Assembly: GCA_051294905.1 (NCBI GenBank)
Contig: CM119372.1
Location: forward strand, 15,502,001 to 15,566,000
Reading direction: 5' to 3'
DNA: 64,000 bases
Source: Botryllus schlosseri
Taxonomy: Eukaryota
Shown: positions 36,640 through 48,352 of the stretch, in pieces
Layout: each line of letters opens with the position of its first letter
Position numbering within the stretch: the first letter of the stretch is position 1
Translations under genes and position numbers: made by a program
Notes under the pieces: generated by a model
What the model saw: only the letters and a program-made list of their open reading frames with translations
Told to the model about the DNA's origin: nothing
The model's database searches: none

Positions 36640-38210
36640 GTCTACGACAAGCTAAGTGCTCATCGGTTCGTCTGCGACCAATTTACTTGTGACACACCAA
36701 TTGAGGCTTAGTAAAACCAGGCGGCACAATCGTTGAATTATTATAAAGACTTTACTCTGTGGATCATACCAGCCATCTCGCCGCGCGCCGTCACAGATGA
36801 ATAAACTCGGAAATTTCACTTCGAACGAGCCTTTTGAGATGGGCTGGGGAAGGGTTTAGGGGGTGGGGTAGACTGGGATTGGATGTGAGGTTAGAGTGGT
36901 TGAGATATGTTGTGGGTGGATTGGTCGGGTTTTGTGGGTCTATAAATACGATACAATTTATCTCGTTTTATCGGTGCGTTCATTGGGCTCACTTAAATTT
37001 TTCGGTATATTTTACTTCTTATATCATTGATGCGTTGGTCAATATTTTGGGCGTATTCATTTTGGTTGTCGAGTGCATTTTTCCATTCCCACACAAGGGT
37101 TTTCACGTTCATAAAGGCTTTTATTATGATCGGAGCTTGCGGTCCGTCGTATACGTTGCGCATTATCTCGTCGGGTGTAGCGTCGATAGTCGTTTGCAGG
37201 TCGTTCTCGAGATCCTGTATTACAAGAGAGAACAGTTTTTTGTAAGTTGCACATTCGGCGAAGGTATGGCGCATAGTATCTTCTGCATGTTGGCAGAATT
37301 TGCATTTGTTTTTCAAGTAGGCGTCTTTTCTTCGTATCCATCCCGCGTTGGTTTTTCTGGAGCCTGTAAAGTAGCTCTCAGTGTTGATGCGATACGAGAT
37401 CTCGCGTTGCTTGTTGTCAATGTGATCTTTGATATTGGGTTGGTATAGCCTTATCTGTTTCCAGTCCGACATTCGGCTTCCTGCTTGTTGTGTCTTCTTT
37501 TTAACAAGGATCTGGTACATTTCTTTCTGGCTTAGTTCTTGTACCTCTTGTGATTGGCTTTTGATTACGTCAAAAATTTCCTTTTCCTTCCTCCATTCCC
37601 TCGTCAAGGTATTTCTGTGAGGGTAGAGGTTGTTGTATAAATTGCAATTTATATCTCTCACCTTCGTTGTCAAATTGTATATTGCTTCAGCGTGCCAGAT
37701 ATCAATCGGGCTCTCAAGTCGGCTTAGTTGTTGTAGCCTTTTTGCTCTCTTTGCATGTGTGGCGGATTCAATATCTGGCATGTCGATCCCTCCTTCTGGC
37801 TTGGGTTTGATCAGTTTCATTCTGCCTTTTTGCTCGAGTTTTTCAGGGCTCCACAGTAGGCCGAAGACAAGGCGTTCAAATTGCTTGAGCTTGTCGTCTG
37901 GAATCTGCTTGTTAGCATATGTATACGTTATTTTGCTAATTATGTATGCCCTAATGGCCGTTATTTTACCAATCCAGGAAAGCCTTTTTGATTTAATATG
38001 CCTTACGCTCTTTTCAACTCCATGCCAGAGTCTGTCAAAGTTCATTTGCAGTTCGCTTTCACCGTGGTATAAGCCCAGTATCTTAATTACTGGCTTTAGC
38101 ATATGTGCATGCGAAGTCTTTTGTAGTCTGTTGAACGATTTCTCGTTCAGTGGTAGGATTTCCGTCTTGTCTGTGTTGATATCTTGCCCTGTCACTCTTT
38201 GCAAACTTTG
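36640..38210 (-). mobile_element. 5'-truncated L1/Tx1-like non-LTR retrotransposon (ORF2 C-terminal part 36993-38204 plus 3' UTR)
   Basis: 403-aa open frame with late-RT motifs INTDKTEIL and IKILG, thumb LSWIGKITAIRAYIISKITY, GGIDMPD, and zinc motif CKFC..EDTMRHTFAEC. The 3' boundary is approximate. Confidence 0.9.
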
Positions 38211-40010
38211 TCAAGTCAAGTCATGTGAAATAAGTCGACTCGAGCCGTGTCGTCCTTACACTGCCGCCCGCATAATATTCTCAGAATGGAAACACTGTTC
38301 AGTGCACTAACCGAAACCACAAACACCTAGTGAAACATGTCCAAAAAAGAACGACGAATGTTTGATTTGATAAGGTCCAAAAGATCACTTAGGCATAGGC
38401 ACCACTACCAACAAATCCTCACAGTGATCAAGCGCGGTTAGGATATGCACTCAACTACGTCATGCATGATGTAATCACGACTTAATTCGCACGTTCGCCA
38501 GCGTACGTCAGATAGATTACCGCTTCATAGGAATAGTGGTCAAATTCTCAATCAACTTACGTCGGAACCGCAATTTAAACTGTTAATTGGATGGCATGAA
38601 CAACGGAGCTGATTATTATTGTATAAGCACGACATACCGTTACTCCGTCAAAATGAAATACTGCATCTCATCTAGGAATATAATTGTCATGCAGTATATT
38701 GTATGTACATGTACAGGGATGTGGGGCGGGTGCTTCTCGTAAACTGAGGCCTTTGGCACCATGTCTGTTCAATGAAGAAACTATATGTCACTATTGGACG
38801 AGGTAAACAAGTGAATCAATGATTGCACCGTACGGCGACTTTAGAAATGGTGTCTGGCATCTACATGCGGATTGAGGTAAATGCTGCAGTGTAATTATGT
38901 TTTATCTTCGTTTGCATCGGTTGTGTTGTGCAGTTGATTGAGTGCACACTGTGCGCATTGTGTGACTAGTGAATGATAATCATTCCGAGCGAGCCTACAA
39001 CCTGGCATGACCGGATCAATGGTTTTCGGACGGACAATGTAAATTGTAATGTGTTTCAATTGTGTCTGAATGCCGAATAACGGCCATACTGTATCGCATT
39101 CCTTTATTGTAACTTGTAGTTTACGTTAACACCTGTTTGTTGGTGTACACAACGATTTACAAGTCTATATCCGATGGGTTAATTTAAAGTGAAGTAATAT
39201 TTTTCAACTTCATTGCCTGCGAAGGGCATGTAAAACCATGCAATGTAGCGGGCATATCTCACGTTCTTACCAGAATGTTTCAATGTCCTCTCACATGAAA
39301 TACGATTTAACAAAACCTCGGAATGCCCAAATCGGCAAATCATTCCCGGAAAGAGTTTTCTACCGAAAATGAATATTCGCGAAGACATTCATTGTTAAGC
39401 TTGCCAAGCGTATTGTCACCATATACCGTATTGTTACCGGTATCCCGCATATCGGGGTTCCGAAAAGTGAGTCCATGAGCCTCTATTACCAATATTATAG
39501 CGATAATAGAATGTTGTATTCTCGTGTTTTGAAGTACATTAGCGAAAGATTACGGACATAATTGAAGCGTGTATATGCTATGATGAGTGCATAATTATAT
39601 TGCACCGGCATCAGAAGAGGAGCTGGGCACCTGTAGCAATACAAGTCCGTAAGGGATATTTTTCGGAAGAGTCGATGGAATTTCATGAATTTCATATTCC
39701 CATCAGATTAAAATATCTTTTCGGAAATTAGTTACTTAAGCGCTCCATTAGCGATGTCCCTCTTTCCTGTCTGCTGCAATTCTGTAAGCGCATTTGGAAT
39801 GCTACGACTCGAAAATCTGCGGTGAATTAATTTATGCTTTTGAGAAAATTCTACGGTATAGGTGTTATGATTATCATTAAAGGTTTCATTTGAATAAAAT
39901 ATTTTTCAAAAACCTCACTTTTATTTCATTCGCTCCACGCGGTAGTAATGCAGTTTGAACCTTGTAGTGTAATGTGAAATGTAATGCTGCTAAAGCAAAT
40001 GTCTTATTAG

Positions 40011-40470
40011 CAGGGCTGAGCAAAATCGAGTACCTGGGTGACTCGATTCTGAATCGAGCACCATTCGTTATGGCATCATAACAATATGTATGTTGTAGAA
40101 AATCCAAATATGTACCTTTCATGCGACCACATATAATATAATGCCAATTCCACACAACATTAAAGATAATTTGGTATTTTTCCATCATACCTATTTCATT
40201 GCACTTTGTGACGATGTTGTGCGTTGACCGCGACTTCGCAAATATGCCATCTCAACTAACGTGCGTAGCTTTACCATACAAGTTTCGTATGGTACGATAC
40301 GACCGATTGGGGTTTGAAGGTTTTCACGGTGGGAAAGACTATCGAAACTATAATGTTGGTTGATGAATAAACTTTTAGTGACACGGAACGTGCGATTTCA
40401 GTACACAACAAAATCATCTCCCACTATACTCGCCTTTAAATAAATAGAATTAATACTCGATTCAGATTCA
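40011..40470. mobile_element. MITE, relative of 33524-34027
   Basis: CAGGGCTGAGCAAAATCGAGTAC start with colinear similarity to 33524-34000. Confidence 0.7.
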
Positions 40471-40479
40471 ACTATATTC

Positions 40480-41247
40480 CTGTGGTTCTCAACCTTTTTG
40501 TCGATGCGGACCCCTTTGGACCGTCACGGACCCCCGCGGACCCTCTACAGTTACCTCAATTATCGTGCAACCGATATCTATCCCAATATTAACTGTAGGC
40601 TAGTGATAAACAGCAACAAAATGACTGTTCCTGTAAATAACAGCATAATATTACGTAGAAATTAAGAAGGCTTTTATTATTTCAAAGCGAATTTTTTAGT
40701 TCATTTTCTTGTAATACGCGGTCGTGTCATGATCATCCGCGACGTTGATTTGATATGAACGAGTGCCAAAAATACATTTCCGCAAAGATGGGTGGTGGCT
40801 AACGTAATACTAACGCGGAACGCTTCCGATGACACCTTTGGGTATGATCGCAACGCGTATGGCACCAAAACTAAGAAACAGATTTTTAATGAATATATAA
40901 CGCCCAACCTCGTCATTTCTATCTCGCAGCTAATTTTGAGGTTATTCTGGAATAGCGGTTATGCATATCATAGGAAAAAATGGATATTTGCAACAAACTT
41001 TTTCAAAACCCAAACGGAACATATCTAATCAGCAATATGTTTGTATCAGCAGGCTATTGCTAAATTGATAATTAAAATGAGTTTGCAAAGTAGAATATTT
41101 CATCTCCGACGGCCATTTCGTTTATATGAGTCCTGAAGTTTTAGAAGGTATGAAACGAGTTTTCCTGGTTTCTCTAATAAAAAAAAGAATACAAATTAGG
41201 TTATCAACCATTTTACAAATTTGGAGGTTTCGCGGACCCCCTGAGAA
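40480..41247. mobile_element. hAT/Charlie-like element, inverted relative of 13402-14241
   Basis: GTGGTTCTCAACCTTTTTGTC..GGACCGTCACGGACCCCCGCGGACCC is the reverse complement of ~14177-14240. Confidence 0.8.
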
Positions 41248-41851
41248 TTCTTTGCTCACCCCATTGTGCCCAACATTACAAATAAGTCTATCATACCAAT
41301 CGTAGCTATGTGAAGGCACTGAGTTCAAAGTTCAATGGCTGTATGAAACTGCGGTCAATTTATGAAAATGCTCCCGCGAATGAGCACTTCTTTCGGAGTT
41401 TGTTTCAAAACTTTACTGTAGTCTGGCATCAAAACTTAACCTTCTAGTACTTTGGAAGCTCGCTTGTGACCAGTCTGTAATCCGATGATTCCATGTCTAA
41501 CGACGAATTGATTATAATTGCATATAGGCTATACCAAATCCTATCGGAACAACCAATTACTTGAACTTCATCTGGTGCGATTAACTTCGAGCACAGCATT
41601 TTACAATAAATCAAATCCCCAACTTATTATTGATTGAGGCTGTCATTCATTGTTTTTGACACACTTGGTGGCTTGATCTATATAGAATCTGAAGCAATGG
41701 TTGGCGTTGCCGGTCTCAAAGGGGACGCTAGCTACATGGGCGATTGGTTTCGCTGAGAGAAAAGTGGGCGCTGTGGACAAAAGAAAATTGTCTGAGAAAA
41801 TCCGTGAATTAAGAGCTCTATTTGTGTACTCATGGTCACGTCTCTCGCGAT

Positions 41852-42380
41852 AAGGGTGCTGCATTTAAAACAAACGGGGCTTTAAAACACTTCGTTTAAA
41901 ACATGTTTTGAACGGAGTTTTAAAGAAATGCCTTTTTCAAAAAATAGTGTTTTTTGAAAAGTTGTATAATTATACCATAATTGTGTAAATACTTCCGAAA
42001 AACATGTGTTATGGGCCTACGGACGATTTGCACCCAGTATAGTCAACGTATACGATATGGAGTGACTGGAACCCTCGAAACCTCCGTGGGTTCGACAAGT
42101 AGATATAGAGTGTTGGTATGCGGAATGGGTGTTCTGATGATGATGACCGCGGAGCGTATAGATTGCTGCATAACGATGTAGTCATGGTAAATATATTATA
42201 TTGGTCTGTTTATGACAGTGGACGGAAGCTCTTTTCGTCGAAGGAGCCATATTTATCCTATATTTTCAATTGTCAATGCTAATTCACTATGGCGTCGCAA
42301 TTAAAGACTTATGACGTCATCTCTAGGAAAAAACAAAACAATAAAAATTATGTTTTAACAAGGGCCACGTTTTAAACATG
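41852..42380. mobile_element. MITE, inverted relative of 18130-18661
   Basis: CCATAATTGTGTAAA, GGAACCCTCGAAA and ATGATGATGACCGC match the reverse complement of ~18400-18600. Confidence 0.7.
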
Positions 42381-43741
42381 TTTGTACTCGCGATGCTACC
42401 ATGGGTGACTTTAATCGAAAAGCGTCACCAACGCTCTCTACAGATGTATATTTTTATGCAAGATCCAACGACCAACCAACCAATCAAACGAGCAACGTAT
42501 GGACTAATTATCCAGTGCGATTTATTGAATTCAAGTTATGAACACACATTCAAACGCATTTACAACGAGGACGAAGAAGTTCCAGGCGAATATCGCACCA
42601 AAACGAAATTTGATAGTTTATAAGACAATTGTCTTGTACTAATTTTTCACTGATTGCGTCTGTTATAGATTTCGTTTAATTTCTGACAAGGGGGTCGGGG
42701 GTACCCATGCACATTAAAATCAAGAGTCGATTTCACGTTTTCCATCTTGAAAACTTATATTTCACTTTTTTCGGAAAACATGATTATAACATGTCGTGTG
42801 TGTCAATACATTTGGCGTGCCACATGCATCATACCTGCGCATTAGTCGAAAGGGTGTCGAAAAAAAGTTGAAGAACCCCTGATTTAGATCAGCACAAAAG
42901 TCAACGTATCAATGTAGTGCCTATACAATGACAGAAAATTTTGTCGGACGTAGGAGTGATTAGGGCCCTGGAGGGCGTTTGATACCTGGTTTGCTGCGTT
43001 GTGTGAAAAAAGATACGAAGTTACGGAGCTTATGAATATTCAGATTTTGGTTGAAGTCATTGTGAAATCATCATATTTTTGACCGGCACTATGACAGTCT
43101 GATACTATTTCATTTTAAAAAACAACAGTACTTTGTTCCTCAAGTATTGCATACGTACACCGTCATATTCTCATCGAAATGAATTGTGTGAAATAAGCAT
43201 TGTCACGTCGCATGACGTCAGAGCTTCGTGTTCACAGAGAGAACTTTTTGTTAATGTTCGTGTTCACATTGCTCCAAAACATTTCAGGGGTTCCCAACAT
43301 CACTATATCCTACTTTTGTATTAACATAGTAACAAGTAATATTATCATTACTTTTCATTGGCAGGGTCACTGCTGCATAGGCTTTACGACTCCGGAAGTG
43401 TCCTAGAAACATGACTTATACTTTCATACCTAAGTCCTAAGACCCTATATCATCATCTTATTCAATTAGCCTACATGTTAAATGTATGAGGTCTATAAAC
43501 ACAGTTGCTCTGCTATTTCCATGCATCCATGCTACATGACTTGAATAGGCCTACTATCACTATAAAGGGCGATTTTTTTAACCTAAAAAACGGAAGATTT
43601 TTTTTATCTAAAAATCAAAATTTTGATATTTGTTGGCCTGAAAAAACTTTTTTTGACTCAAAAACTGACAAATTTTTACATAAAAAACTTCGTTTTAACG
43701 AAATCTGGCCCTATGAAGAATTCCAGTAGTTACATCACGCA

Positions 43742-44041
43742 TTATGGTAGAAATAGGCAAAATTTGTTGTAGTACAACGAAAGACACTTTTCTACATTAT
43801 CGAGTAGAAAGTGTGTGTCCTTACCGAGTAGCCTGCCAAGAATGGAGAAAGAACGTTCAACATCAGCAGTTGTTGGCTGACAACACCGAAGTTGTGCGTA
43901 CGCTGCCGGTGACACACCGTATTGCTTCAATCTGCCAATACTGTCTACATCAGAATTTTTCATAATGCGCTTCTTGATATAAGAACCATGCAATGCCCAC
44001 GCAGTCTTGCTTGAGTTAGGATATTGCGGTACGTTGAGCAT
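43742..44041 (-). pseudogene. hAT-type transposase C-terminal remnant
   Basis: QPTTADVERSFSILGRLL..DNVEKCLSLYYN matches the hAT dimerisation motif P-x-[TS]-x-x-x-ER-x-FS. Confidence 0.7.
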
Positions 44042-45514
44042 AACACCATGTCAACCTATTTGTTTCATTTGAATGTTTATGATTCACAATGACCAGACAA
44101 TAGGCTGGGCAGTCGACAACGGAAGGCATATAAAGTAGGCTACAAGCTGTAAAATGTCAAATGATATGTTCGAACTAAATGCAGGTTGCAAAAAAAATTT
44201 GTCTTTGTAAATAATTTTGACATTTTTTGACCCAACGCTACAATTGTGACCTAATTTTGACTCTTTTGACAAGTAAAAAAATCTCCCTAACTACCACACC
44301 ACACACAGCTGTTGGCTGAGTCTTGGTAGCCTACGTTCAATCCTGAAATCGTGAACTTAGCAGCCAGTTAATCGGTGGTACAATAATAAACGGAAATGGC
44401 TTTGTTTAGTCTGAGTTTACAGTTTGTTCACTGTTCGCCGCTTTCCCATCTATAAATAGATTACAAGCATCATCAGCGAAATCGGAACAATTTTTAGCAA
44501 AGTGCGCGACCGATCACAGTCTAGTCAGGCGCTGAGTTTCTCATTGGAATAACAGACGCAGTCCGCAGTTCGCGTGACAACTGCAGACTGAGTCATCTCA
44601 TTCGCATGTAAAATTACCGCACGTAAGGACAGATCCACGATGATAATTAATAAATGCAAATGTGAACTTTGCTGCTGTAGGAAATTCGAGACAACTTCGT
44701 CGTAGCTGCAACTGCAACCCGTTCTCCTTGTTCTTGGATGACCCCTTAGTTGTTCTTACATTTATACGCCGTAAATATACCTCATCGCTAGAATAATGTT
44801 ATCTTAATGCGGTTTATGCAATTTGTTCCACAAGAAACACATTTAAGGAATGAAGTAGCCTATATTTTGAATTTAAATTCGCCATAACACAGAGTGCCTT
44901 GTAAGATAACCAAGTAGCTGCCAATCAACAAGATGGATACATTTTAAACTGAAATGTGTTTACAAATACTGATTGGAAATGCATATTATAATATTCTCCT
45001 GATTATCCCTATACGCAGGCGGTAAAGTAATAGACAATATGAGGCACAGCCATAATTACCACTAACGCGATCTTTATCGTAAGCGGAGGCGTCGCAAGTT
45101 TTGTGTAACTATATACACAACTAACCTACGGAGGTTTGTTATCTATAGCGTAACGTAACCATATATTGCAGCAGTAACACAATACGTATCGTCAATCTTA
45201 CTATTATGATATCATATTTCGTGTTTATAGATTATTATATTTTGTTTGCGGTCACTGATAACACGACAGACAATATGACATACGTCACTATCGTAGTAAT
45301 GTCAAAAGTCGCCGGGGTCTGCATTCAAAGCAGTTTTGAGAAAGCGCATTAGCATGGCGAAGAGTTTGGAACCAGACTTTGCCAAAACCGATGAGAATAA
45401 GATAAGGCGCGTATAGGCTCACAATGACATCACGTCTTCGTGAAACGTGTAAAGTCAGGAAAACTTCTTTCTGGTAGCCGGCGTTCGCATCGATACTTGG
45501 CTTCTAGAGCATAC

Positions 45515-45552
45515 TATATAAGTGAGGGTGGAAACCGCAAAATGGCAGTAGC
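45515..45552 (+). promoter_or_regulatory. candidate TATA box and initiator of paralog 3
   Basis: TATATAAG at 45515-45522 with an Inr-like GCAGT about 30 nt downstream, ~70 nt before the ATG at 45589. Confidence 0.5.
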
Positions 45553-45588
45553 CTACGACTTCATAATCACCGTTACAATAGAATTAAC

Positions 45589-47242
45589 ATGGTTTCGAAA
45601 TGGTAAGACGCGCTTATAGTTTAAGCTAGACGATGAAATTGATAATGAGCGTTGCATCAAAACAGGAAGACCCGCGTGGAAGTGGCCTCTGGGGAGAAAG
45701 ACTGGATTCAGACACGAGGTTGCTTCGTGAGAGCGTTTCAGAATTACCCGCTTTATACTCACCTGATTCCGAACGAGGACAAGCGTTTTGAGTTCTTAAC
45801 GCAATATTTGGAAGCGATCTACGACGTGTTAATTCGAAATGGCGATTCCGTTCTGGTTTGCGTGAAATTAAATATGCAAAGTCAAAACGGTTATTTCATC
45901 CCTACGGTGAGTTGTTGATTAAGTCGGACATTACTTACCATACCAGAAACCCCAGTATAGATCAGCTGTACAAGTACATATACTACGAAAGTGAATATTT
46001 ACCAAATTCTCGAACAGTTCTATTGATAAGTGCAACTAGGGTGCGCGGCATGTGGGACATCTGATATTTCTTCGAGAGTGTACCGGAATACTTTTAACAT
46101 TTCTCCACCTATGGCGTCGTGGGTATTTTAGTGCTAGGTTGAGACAGTAAATCATTCGTATCATGCTGAATTCTCACTGTATATTTCCATTCCAGGAACG
46201 TGTCATCGGGGGTGTAATGTTCGTACCACCATCTGTAGACGGCGGCTGGGAATGTCAGCACGACAAAGCTTTCTGGGACGCATACGCGAAATATCGGTTG
46301 GAGGAAATCGACAGGGAGGCGTTTAATCGAATTTTAAAGTGAGGAATCAACCATATATTTCGAAATTCATCCATTAGGATTTAATTTACTTCAAAATGCC
46401 ACTAATCTCGTTCGCAGTCGGGCAGCTTTACTATTCCGAGTTCCAGACAATGCCCCAATGTACCGACAATCCATGTACTGTACGTTGTACAACTCGTTAT
46501 CTGCTTGAGCGGAGGGCGTGTCAGGGGTGTATGTATTTTATGCATTCGACTCGTTTCAACCCGTCGATATGGGTGTGAAATTTGAAGGCAAAATTTCGTA
46601 TCAGCAGCAATTCATGCTTACCTGACATGTAACCTACTCTACGGAGTGTATCGGCGAAATACACATACTCCTCATCGGCCTCATGTATTTACAGTGCGCA
46701 CCAAACTAAAATCTATACAATAGTATTAAGCACTATATTTTTTCAGATACGAAGAATGGGAGTACAAAACAATCAGTCAACACGTCTGCGAAAGCGGCGT
46801 TCCGATGTGGAACGGGGTTCTATGCGGAATCGACCCGGCGTATTCCGGTAAAGGGTGCGGAAGTTTGAATTACGAGAGCTGCCTAAAGATATTGTCGAGA
46901 TCCATCAAACAGTCCACGAAGAATAGTAAGAAGCCTATAACAAAGAAAGTCTTTGCCGACGCGTATCGCAAGTTGGTGAGAAAACTATCTCGAAAATCTT
47001 CACCAAAGAATCTTCGCCTTCGAAACGCTCCCGTATTCGCATTGAGTCATAGTAGAAGAGCTGTACATTTCCACAAGAAGAATGGCTTCCATGCCGTCGC
47101 CGAGATACCATTTCCACCTTCCGTCGAACACCGGGAAGATTACCCATTCTACGTCACTGCACTTGTTCTCTCTATGGAGTCAGAAAAGGATTATGTGGGA
47201 ATAGTCGACCGCGTTACGCCGTCTTCATGTTTTATCTGGTAG
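45589..47242 (+). CDS. GNAT-family N-acetyltransferase-like gene, paralog 3; join(45589..45602,45666..45906,46196..46338,46747..47242), 297 aa
   Basis: ATG GTT TCG AAA TG|gtaaga, 63-nt intron, aacag|G 45666, ACG|gtgagt 45906, tccag|GAA 46196, AA|gtgagg 46338, ttcag|A 46747, TAG ending 47242; total 894 nt, open. Motifs: AFQNYPLY, VIGGVMFVPP, YEEWEY, WNGVLCGIDPAYSGKGCG, VFALSH..AVHFHKKNGF. The 143-nt third exon has the same length as in paralog 2. Confidence 0.9.
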
Positions 47243-47829
47243 CAACTCTACACATTGTGTTTGTTATATTACATTTATTTCGGTGCATTTCATACTCTTG
47301 TCGCGTATACTATAAGTACAGACTTTACGATTACTGTCACTTTCGTATTTACAAATAATGTAATTGGCATATGAACGAAAATTTAGTAGATATTATACCT
47401 CTTTTAACTGTGATGCCACATTTATATAGCTGTTGAGTATTGTAATAATAGGTATTGGTGCTTGTATTTTAAATTATATTATTTAATTTGATTTTCATAT
47501 TATGTGCATGTATATGACGCTATTTATACTATGTAAAAGTCCATTAATTACCAAGTTTCACTGGACGGAATCCCCTAATGATAGATACACGAACCATCTC
47601 ATTAGGATCAGCTTCAAGACAGGATCATAGGTTTGGAATTTAGTAGACGGGAATTCAATGCCGATTGGGAACATATAGTCGTCCAAGTAGACGGTGTAAG
47701 AATGTAACTCACAGGAGGAAACGGACGGATGCAGAGACCTATATGAAACAATACACGGTCAGCAATCAGGAATACCGTTTGTCCGAAAAAGGACTGCAAT
47801 ACAAATCCTTCAGCACCTCGGTTTGTGAT

Positions 47830-48352
47830 TCTCCCCCTACTTGTGGAAGCCGCCTCATATATGGCATCATTTTCCGTTTGAAATCTGGGCATTGTCGATT
47901 AAACGCCCTTTTGTTTAAAATTGGAATAGTTGAATCTCCTTGTTGTAGTTACTGCCGCTACCCCGAAACCGTCGAACACTTTTCAATTTGTTGTCCAAAA
48001 TATGCTTTTCATCGAAAATTTCTTATAGATAAATGTGATCAATTGAAAGTTAATTTTTGTGTTGCCGATTTACTCCTTGATCCTCGAATAACTCCTTATG
48101 TCGTTGAATTTGTGTTATCGTGCAACCGCAATTTGTAACTTGAGTTTATCATGCTATTCTGATATTTGATTTGTGTTTTGTGTAACCACTTCACCATTAT
48201 GTTCTTATGAGACCCCCTGCTGTGATCTGTGTGTACCCACTTTATTCCGTTATTTCATCATTATTTGTCTACAATGTTATTGACCGTGGCGCAAACGGCC
48301 ATCAGGCGATAAGCGCCATTCTTTTTGTTTAATAAACAACCACAGCAACAAC
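47830..48352 (+). mobile_element. 3' end of an I/Nimb-group-like LINE
   Basis: RLKSGHCRLNALLFKIG..SPCCSYC..ETVEHFSICCPKY..R (C-terminal zinc knuckle), stop at 48138, 3' UTR with terminal hairpin GGCGC..GCGCC (48288-48317), AATAAA and CAA-rich tail. The 5' boundary is approximate. Confidence 0.8.

Noticed and set aside
36834..38310. Plus-strand ORFs of 204 and 226 aa
   Set aside because: Antisense shadows of the LINE ORF2 frame, with no independent motifs.
47228..47242. C-terminal CFIW of paralog 3 as a CaaX prenylation signal
   Set aside because: Trp is an atypical X residue and the motif is absent from the other two paralogs.
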